Positions 29,201-38,102 of a DNA stretch of 64,000 nt are shown here, in pieces. The stretch's first letter is position 1; each line of letters opens with the position of its first letter. Origin of the DNA: Herbidospora yilanensis. GTDB lineage: Bacteria > Actinomycetota > Actinomycetes > Streptosporangiales > Streptosporangiaceae. The notes beneath the pieces were generated by a model that saw nothing but the letters and a program-made list of their open reading frames with translations, searched no databases and was not told the DNA's origin. The position numbers and the translations under genes were made by a program. The DNA lies in NCBI RefSeq assembly GCF_001570565.1, contig NZ_BBXE01000013.1, forward strand, positions 264,984 to 328,983, written 5' to 3'.

Positions 29201-30999
29201 TCCGACAGCGGCGCCGAGAGGGCCACGGTCGTGATCGCCTCGGCCTCCTCCGCGAGCGCGGAGACCGTGGCGTGGAAACCGGCGAACGCGTCGTCGCGTT
29301 GCAGGTCGGCGACCACCTGGGCGGCGGTCTCGGTCACCTGCCGCGCCACGGCCGAGGCGAGCGCGTCGAGGGCCGGGAGGTCGGCGTACCGGCGTTCGCG
29401 CAGTGTCACCAGGTGGCCCTGGGTCTGCCGCAGTTCGGCCAGCCGGGTGACGCCGGTCGAGCGGATCCCGGTGAAGCGGTCGCGGGCCTCGGCCACCGCC
29501 CGGGCGGCGTCCTCGGTCAGGCGCTGCACGTTCTCGAACTCGTCGAGCACCTGCTCCGCCGTCGCCCGCAGGGCCGCCAGCGGCTCGGCGAGGTCGTGTT
29601 CGCCGAGCCAGTGGTAGGCGTCGGAGATGCGGTCGCAGCCGGCGATCAGCGCCTCGAAGACGGCCTGCGCGGGCGCCATCTCGCCGACCATCCGGGCCAC
29701 CGACAGGCAGTCGGAGATGCCCCTGACCAGCTCCCCGTTGCCGATGCGCTCCAGCGGGCCGGTGCCGACCGGGGTGGCCGACTCGACCGCGAACGGGGTG
29801 TCCCACACCTGCATCGGGTGCACCCGCGACGGCTCGTCGGAGGTCCCCCGGAACACCACCAGCGTGCCGTCGTCGAACAACGAGTAGCCGTGACACGGCA
29901 GCGGGTTGGCGACCTCCTTGCGGATCACGTTGTACGGAAGCAGGAGGTATCGCCCCTCCTCCCGCGCGTGGAAGACGTAGAGCACGTCCTCCTCGCCCTG
30001 GATGGCCCGCTCGAACTCCAGCGCCGCCACGTCGGTCTCGAACGTCTTGGCCACGCCGGTCGTCAGGTAGTAGCCGCCGGGGAAGATGACCCCCTGGTCC
30101 TCGGGGAGCCGCCGGCAGGCCTGCCCGATCCCGTCGAGCCTGGTCACGCTCCTGGTACGGGTGTTGAAGACCAGGTAACGCCAGTCGGTCTCCTTGTAGG
30201 GCCGGATCTTGAGCAGGATCAGCGGCCCGACCCGCGCGTGGAACACGTCGGCGTCGGCGAGGCTCTGGAGCCGCTCGGTGACCGGTTCGGAGTAGACGCC
30301 CTCCCCCGACTCGGTGTTGTTCTCGACCTTGATGGTCAGGTCGCCGCCGACGGTCTCGACGAACAACTCGCCGCCGATGGAGATGTGCGGGTGCCGCCCG
30401 AGCACGTGGTCGTCGCGGGTGGTCTCGACCCACTCGAAGTCGTGGGAGGGCGGCAGGACGTGGTCGCGCTCGCCCCGCGAGTCGAGATAGGACAACGCGC
30501 CGTCGGCCGCCATCGTCCAGCGCAGCACCCGGACGTCCTGCGGCCCGGTCTGGAAGATCGCCAGGAGCTTGCCCTCGATCTTCCGCAGTTGCAGCAGCCG
30601 GGTGTCCTTGTAGTAGCGGTAGAGCTCGGCGAAGTCCTTCTCGAAGGCCGGGTCGCCGAGCACGCTCTCCGAGCCCGAGAAGGTGAAGGCGTCGCCGTCG
30701 CGGGAGAAGCGGTGGAAGGAGAAGACGTCGGAGACGCTGGTCCGCGGGCGCAGGCCGATGAACACGTTGTAGCCGAAGATCATGGTGTCGCCGGCGGAGA
30801 CCACGTCCCGGGGCACGCAGTTGTTCTCGGTGCGGATGCGCTCGGTTCCCACCAGCCGCATCTCCGAGCCGCCGAACACCGCGAGGCGCCGGGTGTTGAG
30901 CTCCCCGGCCCGGCCGGCCAGTTCCTTGGCCTGCTCGGCCAGCCGGGCGCGGAGGATCTCGTAGGTGCCGGCGTCGAGCCCGGTCATCCCCAGGGTCAC
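26278..30999 (-). CDS. Giant (1573 aa) flotillin-associated AAA+ ATPase of unknown function
   Basis: Track ORF whose GTG start overlaps the flotillin stop (GTGA). The N-terminal ~450 aa look beta-rich and the middle ~600 aa are long helical or coiled segments. The AAA module reads LLLISPPGYGKTTLMEYVASRLG (Walker A) ... NVLLYLDDIQH (Walker B) ... FAVCMAGNPY. Confidence 0.8.
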   Translation of the reverse strand: MTLGMTGLDAGTYEILRARLAEQAKELAGRAGELNTRRLAVFGGSEMRLVGTERIRTENNCVPRDVVSAGDTMIFGYNVFIGLRPRTSVSDVFSFHRFSRDGDAFTFSGSESVLGDPAFEKDFAELYRYYKDTRLLQLRKIEGKLLAIFQTGPQDVRVLRWTMAADGALSYLDSRGERDHVLPPSHDFEWVETTRDDHVLGRHPHISIGGELFVETVGGDLTIKVENNTESGEGVYSEPVTERLQSLADADVFHARVGPLILLKIRPYKETDWRYLVFNTRTRSVTRLDGIGQACRRLPEDQGVIFPGGYYLTTGVAKTFETDVAALEFERAIQGEEDVLYVFHAREEGRYLLLPYNVIRKEVANPLPCHGYSLFDDGTLVVFRGTSDEPSRVHPMQVWDTPFAVESATPVGTGPLERIGNGELVRGISDCLSVARMVGEMAPAQAVFEALIAGCDRISDAYHWLGEHDLAEPLAALRATAEQVLDEFENVQRLTEDAARAVAEARDRFTGIRSTGVTRLAELRQTQGHLVTLRERRYADLPALDALASAVARQVTETAAQVVADLQRDDAFAGFHATVSALAEEAEAITTVALSAPLSERLAAQSDGLEALIEVVGTLEVEATARTVILEKVGAVLAEINRVRATLDARRRELLDAEGRAEFAAEFGLLGQAVTAGLTGADTPEKCDERLGRLLLQIEGLESRFGEFDDFLAQLERKREEVYEAFSARKQTLLDDRARRADRLAESADRILGTVRRRSATLASLDEVNAYFAADPMVAKLRAVAADLRELGDPVRADELDGRVRAARQEAGRALKDRTDLFDGDTVKLGRHRFAVNTQPLDLTLVPHEGSLSFAVTGTDYRAPVTGFDDTRHFWDQLLVSETTEVYRAEYLAASLFPVEGDPAEAVRRAAESRYDEGYERGVHDHDTVRILDVVTRLHASAGLLRHLPSARATAQFFWAHGNPSATWEIRAQSLTRARELFGGGTEALNTLAEELASAIEAHGCLDGPASLAADYLIEELASPPAGFVTSTAARSFLDAFREALGPERFAAFTAELSTLDLPARIQLARAWLAAFGKGEVSPEVVSLLLCDLPRYESAATLDGVVEGLLGAHPRIRGRSMEIRLDEFLARTRIFRAERVPAYRDYQRRRAELVAAEKKRLRLDEYRPKVMDSFVRNALIDQVYLPLIGDNLAKQLDHGMGLLLLISPPGYGKTTLMEYVASRLGLVFVKVNGPALGHEVTSVDPADAPDATSRSEVEKISFALEMGSNVLLYLDDIQHTSPELLQKFISLCDAQRRMEGVWNGTARTYDLRGKRFAVCMAGNPYTESGQVFRVPDMLANRADVWNLGEVLSGKDDLFALSYIENALTANSVLAPVSDHGEVEKLVRLARGEGSADQLSHPYSTVELDQILSVLRKMLRLQEVVLANNRAYIASAAQSDASRTEPPFLLQGSYRNMNKLAQRVVPVLTDAELEGVIDDHYLGEAQTLTSGAEANLLKLAELRGVLTDEQKVRWEEVKAAYRRAKAMGGDDDDPTTRTVSAITHLADRLSGAITSLNDGRRGGEPIEERYSVPE

Positions 31000-33005
31000 T
31001 TCTCGACCGGGGTGATCGCCGGGCCGCCGCCGTTCTTCATGAGGGTGGCGAGGAACGCCGACACGGTCATGTCACGGACGGCGCCCGAGTCGACCCCGGA
31101 CACGATCTTGGCGAGGTCGGCGCTGAGACTGGCGTCGCCGTTCAGGTAGGGGTCGGCGAGGGTGCGGGCCACCTCGGAGTTGTCGACGAAGCCGTCGATG
31201 CTCTTGCCCATGGTCACCGCGCCGACGAGCTTGTCGAAGAAGACGCTGTCGCCGCCGACGATGTCGATGTTGGCCTTCGACAGACCGGCCGACAGGACCT
31301 CGGCCTGCGCCTCGGCGACCCTGCGGTGCACCTCGACCCCGGCCAGGCGGATCTCCTTCTCGGCCTCCAGCCGCAGGCGGTACTCCTCGTGGACGCGGCT
31401 CGCGTCGGACATCGCGGCCAGCGCGGCGGCCTTCTCGGTGAGACCCTCGGCCTCGGCCTTCAGCTTCTCGCCGACCATCATCGCGGCGGCCACGGCCTTG
31501 GCCTGCTCGCCGTCGGCCTCGGCCTTCAGCCGCTCGCGGGTGCCCTCGGCCGACGCCATGGCCTTCTCGCGTTCGACGATCGCCTCGGCCTTGCCGACCT
31601 TCTCGATCGCGGCGGCCGTGCGCTCCTTGACCTGCACCTCGGCCAGGCCCGTCGCGGCGGCCTCGGCCTGCACGCCCTCGGCGAGGCGGATCTTGGCGCG
31701 GGCGTCGAGCTCGGCGGCCTGCTGGCGCGACTCGGCCAGCACCAGCGCCTCACGCGCCCTGAACTTCGACGCGGCCTCGGCGGCCTCGGCGGCCTTGATG
31801 TCCTTGACCAGGTTCTCCTGCGCCTCGGCCTCGGCGGCGATGATGACCGACTGGCGGGTGCGCTCGGCCTCCTCGACGACGCGCAGGCGCTTGATCTGCT
31901 CCTCCTGCTCGGCCACCGTCTTCTCGACCGCGATGCGCTCGCGCATGACCTCGGCGATCGAGCGCTTCTCGACCTCCAGTTCCTTCTCCTTGGCGATGCG
32001 CGACAACTCGGTCTCCCGCTCCCGGGCGATGACCTCCAGCAGGCGGTCCTTCTCGATGCGCTCGCTCTCGATGGCGATCACGCGCTCGCGGTTCTTCTCG
32101 GCGACGGCGACCTCGCGGGCCTTGTTCTCGCTCTGGACGCCGATCTGCTCGTCGGTCTTGATCGCGGCGGCCTGGGCCTTGAGGCGCTCCTCGGCGCGGA
32201 CCCGGGAGATCTCCGCCTCCTCGCGGGCCCGCATGGTCTCGACCTCGCGCTTCTGCTTGATCTCGGCGTCGGCCTGGCGGCGCTCCAGTTCGAGGATGGC
32301 CTCCCGGGCGTCGACGTTCTGCCGGGTGATCTCCTTCTCCTCGTTGCGCTGGAACTCGTTGGTCCGCACGTGCTCGATCGCGGTCAGCTCGGTGATCTTC
32401 CGGATGCCCTGGGCGTCGAGGATGTTGGCCGGGTCGAGCTTGGACAGCGGCGTCTGCTCCAGGTAGTCGATGGCCGCGTCCTCCAGCGAGTAGCCGTTGA
32501 GGTCGGTGCCGATGACGCGGATGATCTGGTCGCGGAACTCGTCGCGCTGGGTGTAGAGGTCGACGAAGTCGAGTTGCTTGCCGACGGTCTTGAGCGCCTC
32601 GGAGAACTTGGCGTTGAACAGGGCCTGGAGGGTCGACTCGTCGCTGGCCCGGGCGGTGCCGATGGCCTGGGCGACCTTCACGACGTCCTCGGCGGTCTTG
32701 TTCACCCGCACGAAGAAGGTGATCTTGATGTCGGCGCGGATGTTGTCACGGCAGATCAGGCCCTCGTGGCCGGACCGCTCGATCTCGATGGTCTTCACCG
32801 AGATGTCCATGAACTCGGCCTTGTGCAGCACCGGTAAGACCACGGCGCCGGTGAAGGTGACGTCGACCCGGCGCACCTTCGACACGATCAGGGCCTTGCC
32901 CTGCTCGACCTTGCGGAACAACCGGCTGACCACGATCACCAGTGCGATGACGACGATCAGGACGACCGCGATGAGTATGCCGGCTCCCGCCGAGATGACG
33001 TCCAT
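30996..33005 (-). CDS. Flotillin-family SPFH/Band-7 protein (YqiK/FloT-like)
   Basis: An N-terminal TM (GILIAVVLIVVIALVIVV) precedes the SPFH domain (ALIVSKVRRVDVTFTGAVVLPVLHKAEFMDISVKTIEIER...). A ~300 aa Ala/Glu/Arg/Lys-rich coiled-coil flotillin region follows. Confidence 0.9.
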   Translation of the reverse strand: MDVISAGAGILIAVVLIVVIALVIVVSRLFRKVEQGKALIVSKVRRVDVTFTGAVVLPVLHKAEFMDISVKTIEIERSGHEGLICRDNIRADIKITFFVRVNKTAEDVVKVAQAIGTARASDESTLQALFNAKFSEALKTVGKQLDFVDLYTQRDEFRDQIIRVIGTDLNGYSLEDAAIDYLEQTPLSKLDPANILDAQGIRKITELTAIEHVRTNEFQRNEEKEITRQNVDAREAILELERRQADAEIKQKREVETMRAREEAEISRVRAEERLKAQAAAIKTDEQIGVQSENKAREVAVAEKNRERVIAIESERIEKDRLLEVIARERETELSRIAKEKELEVEKRSIAEVMRERIAVEKTVAEQEEQIKRLRVVEEAERTRQSVIIAAEAEAQENLVKDIKAAEAAEAASKFRAREALVLAESRQQAAELDARAKIRLAEGVQAEAAATGLAEVQVKERTAAAIEKVGKAEAIVEREKAMASAEGTRERLKAEADGEQAKAVAAAMMVGEKLKAEAEGLTEKAAALAAMSDASRVHEEYRLRLEAEKEIRLAGVEVHRRVAEAQAEVLSAGLSKANIDIVGGDSVFFDKLVGAVTMGKSIDGFVDNSEVARTLADPYLNGDASLSADLAKIVSGVDSGAVRDMTVSAFLATLMKNGGGPAITPVEK

Positions 33006-33007
33006 GA

Positions 33008-33517
33008 CTACAGGCCCCCTTCGTAAGGCATGACCCAGAAGAACTCGCCTTCCGCGTCATATTGGAAGATCAGCGCGGCCCCGCCCGCGCGGAAGACGTC
33101 GACGCCGGTCTGGCGCACCTGGATGACCGAGGTCGAGCCGTCGACGGCGCGGATCTCGGCCTGACCGAAGTCGGTGGAGACCGACTGGGTTCTGATGACG
33201 CAGATCTGCCCGACGAAGTCGTGCCGTGAGGGCACCTTCTCGGGCGCGGGCGTGAGGCGGCGTACCAGGAACGCGGCCCCGAGGCCCAGGACGAGCGCGG
33301 CGGCCAGGACCACCCAGCCGAGCGCCGGAAACAGCACGGATCCGGCCAGCGCGGCGAACCACCCCGTGGCCACGAACCCGGAGACCTCGGCCGCGGGCAG
33401 ACCGTCGAGGTCGACCACGCCGAAGGCCACGAGCAGCCAGAACCCGATGACGACGATCAGCGCGAAGCTGAACAGGACAGCCGGGAAGCCTAATGCGGCG
33501 TCCACGAAATCGCGCAA
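33008..33517 (-). CDS. NfeD/YqiJ-like membrane protein with a C-terminal OB-fold
   Basis: TTG start with AAAGGGGA upstream. It has 3-4 TM helices, then a soluble beta tail (GQICVIRTQSVSTDFGQAEIRAVDGSTSVIQVRQ...). Its stop lies 2 nt before the flotillin ATG. Confidence 0.75.
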   Translation of the reverse strand: MRDFVDAALGFPAVLFSFALIVVIGFWLLVAFGVVDLDGLPAAEVSGFVATGWFAALAGSVLFPALGWVVLAAALVLGLGAAFLVRRLTPAPEKVPSRHDFVGQICVIRTQSVSTDFGQAEIRAVDGSTSVIQVRQTGVDVFRAGGAALIFQYDAEGEFFWVMPYEGGL

Positions 33518-33601
33518 CTTCTATCCCCTTTACGGCATTTGCGCCGTCCCCTCTTGCAAACGTGGAATCTATCAGCGCGGTTCCGCAGGGAATAGGGTTA
33601 T

Positions 33602-34216
33602 TTATGCCGTACGCCCCCGCCGCGCGACGGCCCAAACCCCCAGCGCCGCCAGCGCGGCGATCTCCGTGAACACCAGCCCGCGCTCGACCGCCCCGAGCCC
33701 GACCGGCATGGCCCGCCACCAGGGGATCCCGTCGCGGGCGGCGGTGTAGCCGACCAGCACGATCCCGGCGATCCACCCGACGGCCCCGAACCCGAGCGCC
33801 GCCGCCACCTTCGCCATCGTGTCGCGCCACGGCCGGGCCAGCAGCAGCACGGCGACCGGCAGGCAGACGAAGGCCACCACGCTGCCGACGCGGTGCACCG
33901 AGCCGGAGAACGACGGCCCGACGGACCAGTCGTGCTTGGGGAAGGTCGCCACGACCAGCAGCCCGAGGCTCCACCCGGCCAGGGCGACCAGGCCCAGCGG
34001 CCGGGCCCGGCGCTGCGCGGCGAGGGTCGCCCCGATGCCGAGCGACCCCAGCGCGATCAGCGCCACCGAGACGCCGAACAACCAGGCGTGCTCGCCCAGT
34101 TGGTGTTCGCTGATCGTCCGGCGGGCCAGGTCGATGCCCGAGGAGAACTCCAGGGTCAGGATGGCGGCCGCGGCCACGGTGATGGCACCGAGACCGGCCT
34201 GGGCGGGAACGCGCAT
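33602..34216 (-). CDS. Polytopic membrane protein (DUF998-like)
   Basis: Internal start MRVPAQAGLGAITVAAAAIL in track ORF 33602..34363-, with six hydrophobic segments. The family call is from memory only. Confidence 0.55.
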   Translation of the reverse strand: MRVPAQAGLGAITVAAAAILTLEFSSGIDLARRTISEHQLGEHAWLFGVSVALIALGSLGIGATLAAQRRARPLGLVALAGWSLGLLVVATFPKHDWSVGPSFSGSVHRVGSVVAFVCLPVAVLLLARPWRDTMAKVAAALGFGAVGWIAGIVLVGYTAARDGIPWWRAMPVGLGAVERGLVFTEIAALAALGVWAVARRGRTA

Positions 34217-34234
34217 GCTCTCTAAAATGCCACC

Positions 34235-34678
34235 ATGCTCGTGGTGCAGCGGGTGCTGACTCGCTGGTCCAAGGCCGGTCGCGGTGCGGCCGCGGCCACG
34301 CTGCGGGGGTCGCTGCCGGATCGGGTGCCGCTGCCGGCCTGCACGGGAGACGCCGTCTTCCACGACGTGGTGCTCTCACCGCGCGCCGAGACGCTCCGGG
34401 AGCTGACCCTGCCCGCGACGGTGGCCGGCCTGCGCATCCGGCCCGGCGGCCGGGTGTCCCGGGCCCCCGTGCTCGCCTCCCATCCACGCGACCGGCGTCC
34501 GGTCGACCTGTTCACCCTGGCCCCCGGCCAGCGGGCGCGTTACCGGGCCAACTTCCGCTTCAGCGGATACGGCCTGGAGTGGCACTACGAACAGTGGACG
34601 GTCACACTGGCCCACGACGTCGGCCTGGAAGGCGCGTTCGACCACGAGGTCGACGACCGGGTCAGGCTCTATCCCTGA
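34235..34678 (+). CDS. Hypothetical protein
   Basis: 147 aa track ORF with strong GC3 bias. No motif was recognised. Confidence 0.5.
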   Translation: MLVVQRVLTRWSKAGRGAAAATLRGSLPDRVPLPACTGDAVFHDVVLSPRAETLRELTLPATVAGLRIRPGGRVSRAPVLASHPRDRRPVDLFTLAPGQRARYRANFRFSGYGLEWHYEQWTVTLAHDVGLEGAFDHEVDDRVRLYP

Positions 34679-35120
34679 GGGTCTTCAGGGCGCGGTCGGC
34701 GTGGTCGGTCATCATGACCTCGTTGTGGATGACGTCGAGGACGCGGAAGTCGGTGCCGATGACGAAGGTGATCCGCCGGGTGACGAACGGCCCCACGGCG
34801 ACCGAACGGCGCACCCCCATCTGCTTGGCCACCAGACCGTCCTCGTCGGACAGCAGCGGGTAGTCGAGCCGGTTGGCCTCGGCGAACATCTTCTGCCGTT
34901 TCACCTTGTCCTTGCTGATCCCGACGCGGACCGCTCCAGCGGATTTGAATTCGGCGGCCAGGTCACGGAAGTGACAGGTCTCGGCGGTGCACCCGGAGGT
35001 CATCGCCGCCGGATAGAAGAAGAGCACCACGGGCCCTTCCTTGAGGAACTCGCTCAGGCGACGGGTCTCCCCGTTCTCGTCCGGAAGCGCGAAGTCCGCG
35101 ACGAGTTCACCGATATTCAT
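34662..35120 (-). CDS. bcp: Thiol peroxidase / peroxiredoxin (Bcp, AhpC-TSA family)
   Basis: VVLFFYPAAMTSGCTAETCHFRD contains the peroxidatic and resolving Cys in the Bcp arrangement. Confidence 0.9.
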   Translation of the reverse strand: MNIGELVADFALPDENGETRRLSEFLKEGPVVLFFYPAAMTSGCTAETCHFRDLAAEFKSAGAVRVGISKDKVKRQKMFAEANRLDYPLLSDEDGLVAKQMGVRRSVAVGPFVTRRITFVIGTDFRVLDVIHNEVMMTDHADRALKTLRDRA

Positions 35121-35734
35121 GCCTCACTTTCTACCAGTGCGGGGTGTCGGGAATCATCCGCCCGAACCACCACATCCGCCCAATCCTGCGGCCGGACCTC
35201 CTCGGCGTACCGCTCGAAGGCGGGCAGGGTCCATTTCTCCTCGGTACGCCGCTCCAACGCCTTCTTCGACAGGCTCAGGTGGACGGAGAAGTCGATCGGC
35301 AACCCCTGCCCGAGGAGCAGCGGCCCGTCGAGGACGACGACGGCGTTCTCCGGGAGGACCTGGTAGGGCGCGCGGGTGGCCCGGTCTCTGACCGGGTCCC
35401 ACAACGAGGGGACGACCCGGCCGGTGCCGCCCGGTTCGAGCGGCTGGAGGACCTCCCGCGTCAGGCCCTTCACGTCGAGCCAGCCGTCGTAGTAGGAGTC
35501 GGGGTCCTGCCTGCCGAACTCGTAGCGGAGCGACGCGGCTCTGAGGAAGTCGCGGGCCGACACCCTGAGGACGTGCCGGTGGACCCTCAGCCGCGCCGCG
35601 ATCCGGTCGGCCAGCTCCCCCGGCCGGGCCGCGTCGGCACCGTCGACGGCCACTCGCACCCACCCGGGCCGTTCGGAGATCGTCTCGGCCAGTTCCGTGA
35701 CGAGCCCCTCGACGGAGACCGGTCGTACACCCAT
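35117..35734 (-). CDS. Uridine-kinase-like protein with a degenerate P-loop
   Basis: Internal start MGVRPVSVEGLVTELAE in track ORF 35117..36061-. VAVDGADAARPGELA sits where the Walker A (GxxGxGKS) would be. The stop overlaps the bcp start (ATGA). Confidence 0.5.
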   Translation of the reverse strand: MGVRPVSVEGLVTELAETISERPGWVRVAVDGADAARPGELADRIAARLRVHRHVLRVSARDFLRAASLRYEFGRQDPDSYYDGWLDVKGLTREVLQPLEPGGTGRVVPSLWDPVRDRATRAPYQVLPENAVVVLDGPLLLGQGLPIDFSVHLSLSKKALERRTEEKWTLPAFERYAEEVRPQDWADVVVRADDSRHPALVESEA

Positions 35735-35789
35735 CAGGCCATCATGCCCCGGTGGGGAAGTCTGCTGACAATATGGGGGCAGTACCCCC

Positions 35790-38102
35790 ATGTATGGGGG
35801 GAACCTCCCCCCAATACTGCTGGACGTGAGCGATTCGGCCGACCTTCCGCAGTTCCCCGGTGTCCTGGACACCGTGCGCGCCTGGCTCTCCTCCGCCGAT
35901 CCCCGGCCCCTCGTGCTGACCGGGCCGCCCGGCAGCGGCACCGCGGCGTTGCTGGCCCGGCTCGGCGAGCACCTCGCCGGAGAGCCGTCCGTCGTCGTCC
36001 GCGACGACCTCTGCGACGACCCCGCCCGGTTGCCGGCGCGGCCGGGTCTCCGCGTGATCACCCGGGCCCGCCGCCGGCACGACGGGCTGCTCTCCCTTCC
36101 GGTGCGGCCCCTGCGCGGCCACGGCCCCGACAGCGAGGTGGTCCGGTACTTCCTGCGGTGCCTGCGCCGCCACGACCCGACCGCCGTCGTCGCGGCCGAG
36201 GACCTGTCCCAGGTGAGCGAGGTCTGCGCGGCCTCGTTCGGGCTGTCCGCCGACGTCGACCTGCTGGCCGGGCTGGTCGCCCGCTACGGCCTGGCGGCCG
36301 TGCGCGACGCGGTCGCCGAGGACCACCAGCGCACCCGGCTGGCCGGGCTGCTCGGCGACGCCCACGGCCACCACGACCTGAGCGGCGACGAGATGGTCGT
36401 GCTGGCCTCGATCCTGGCGCTGCCGGGCGGGGCGAGCGAGAACGTGCTGCGCCACTCGTTGCCGCGGTGCGACATCGGCGGGCTGACCGCCTCCCTGGTC
36501 GAGCGCGGCCTGGTGGTGCGCGCCGAGCCCCGGCGCTGGCACCTGCGGGTGAGCGGCTTCCCGGCGGCGAGCTGGTGCGCCGCGCGGCCGGAGGTGTCGC
36601 TCGACGCGATCCGCCAGGCGCAGGCCGACTACCTGTCGGGCCAGGTCGCGCGGCTGGCCGCGGGTGTCTTCACCGACCACCAGCGGGCCGTGTTCGCCGA
36701 GTTCGACCACGAGCGGCGCAACCTCAACGCCGCCGTCGCCGAACTCGTCGGCGGCGGCCGGTACGCCCAGGCCGTCGCCCTCATGCGGGACGCCCTGCCG
36801 TTGCTGGCCCGCACCTCCGGCGTGGCCGGGCTGCTGCCGCACCTGCTGCCGGTCATCCGCAGGTACGCGCCCGCGACCCCGGCCGAACGGCACACGTTGT
36901 CGCGGCTGGCCGTGCGGGTGTTCGCGGCCGGAGGGGAACAGGAGGCCGCCGCCGTCTGCTTCGACGCGCTGCCGGAGACCGACCCGGACGTGCCGCTGCT
37001 GGCGGCCCTCGTGCACGCCGTGCCCGACCCGGAGGAGCTGGCCGCCTGCGTGCGGACCGCCCGCGAACAGGGCGACGCGGTCCGGCTGGGCGAGTCGGTC
37101 GGCGAGTACGTCGCCTGCCTGGCCCGGCTGCGCCGGTTCGACCGCGCCGACGCCGAATGCCGTACCGCCCTGTTCGAGGCGATGTGCGGCGGGGACGACC
37201 ACGCCGCGGCCTCGTTGCTGCTCTGGCGCGCGGCCGCCGCCACCGCCCTGGCCACCGGCGACAGCCGCCTGTACGTCGAACGGGCCCTCGCCAAGCTGCT
37301 GCCCCTCGGCCCGGCGGCGGCCATGTCGGCCATCGCCGCCGTGGTCGACGGACGCCACCAGCGCGACCTCCAGCAGAGCGCCGTCGACCTGGCGATGGTC
37401 GCCGGGTCGCTCGGCCGGGCCTGCGCGGCCGAGACGGAGCGTCCGGTCGAGGTCGGCGGGCTGCTGACCGGGCGCATCGGCGTCCGGCCGCTGCGCCGCT
37501 GGGTGACGGCGGGAGAGGGGGTCGACCTCGCCGACCTGCTGTGCGAGATCCTCCAGCGCAGGTTCGGCGACGACCCGGCCGCCCCCCGGCCGGTGCCGCA
37601 GGGCTCCGTCGACCCGAGGGTGCTGCGGGAACGGTCGCGGCTGACCGCCCGCGAGTCGGAGGTCGCCGGGCTGGTCGCGACCGGCCTGACGAACAAGCAG
37701 ATCGCCCGCCGGTTGCGCATCTCCGAGTGGACGGTGGTCAACCACCTGCGCCAGGTGATGCGCAAGCTCGACTGCGCCTCCCGGGTCCAGGTCGCCCGCT
37801 GGGTGCACGATCTGGAGGCCGGGTCAGCCCGTCTCGAACCGGCCGACGGCGACGGTGTGCAGCAGGGCCGGGTCGACCAGCGAGGCGAAGTCGGCCGTGA
37901 CGAGGTCGGCGTCCAGCGCGGCCAGCAGCCCGAGGTGCCGGTCGACGTACTCCGGGGGGTCGATGCCGCACGAGAGGAGTTCCGCGTACTGCTGGGTCAC
38001 GGCCAGGGTGGACTCGTACAGTTCGGGCGCGGCGGCGAGCATGCGGTCCCTGACCCGCGTGACCAGCCCCCCGTCGACGTCACCCTCGCGGAGCTGCGTT
38101 AA
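35790..38102 (+). CDS. Large LuxR-family regulator (LAL-like, degenerate P-loop) with a ~90 aa tail antisense to the next gene
   Basis: The N-terminus LVLTGPPGSGTAALLARL is Walker-A-like but lacks the Lys. A helical-repeat middle region follows. The C-terminal LuxR HTH reads LTARESEVAGLVATGLTNKQIARRLRISEWTVVNHLRQVMRKLDCASRVQVARWV. The frame stays open to 38102. Confidence 0.75.
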   Translation: MYGGNLPPILLDVSDSADLPQFPGVLDTVRAWLSSADPRPLVLTGPPGSGTAALLARLGEHLAGEPSVVVRDDLCDDPARLPARPGLRVITRARRRHDGLLSLPVRPLRGHGPDSEVVRYFLRCLRRHDPTAVVAAEDLSQVSEVCAASFGLSADVDLLAGLVARYGLAAVRDAVAEDHQRTRLAGLLGDAHGHHDLSGDEMVVLASILALPGGASENVLRHSLPRCDIGGLTASLVERGLVVRAEPRRWHLRVSGFPAASWCAARPEVSLDAIRQAQADYLSGQVARLAAGVFTDHQRAVFAEFDHERRNLNAAVAELVGGGRYAQAVALMRDALPLLARTSGVAGLLPHLLPVIRRYAPATPAERHTLSRLAVRVFAAGGEQEAAAVCFDALPETDPDVPLLAALVHAVPDPEELAACVRTAREQGDAVRLGESVGEYVACLARLRRFDRADAECRTALFEAMCGGDDHAAASLLLWRAAAATALATGDSRLYVERALAKLLPLGPAAAMSAIAAVVDGRHQRDLQQSAVDLAMVAGSLGRACAAETERPVEVGGLLTGRIGVRPLRRWVTAGEGVDLADLLCEILQRRFGDDPAAPRPVPQGSVDPRVLRERSRLTARESEVAGLVATGLTNKQIARRLRISEWTVVNHLRQVMRKLDCASRVQVARWVHDLEAGSARLEPADGDGVQQGRVDQRGEVGRDEVGVQRGQQPEVPVDVLRGVDAAREEFRVLLGHGQGGLVQFGRGGEHAVPDPRDQPPVDVTLAELR

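Noticed and set aside
27761-31149. 890-aa minus and 926-aa plus ORFs inside the giant ATPase gene, and 31162..32837 plus ORFs inside the flotillin gene
   Set aside because: Shadow frames with no motifs and extreme Arg/Gly/Ser/Ala composition.
35144-37900. 918-aa plus and 688-aa minus ORFs over the first LuxR gene
   Set aside because: Shadow frames. The frame starting at 35790 carries the LuxR HTH.
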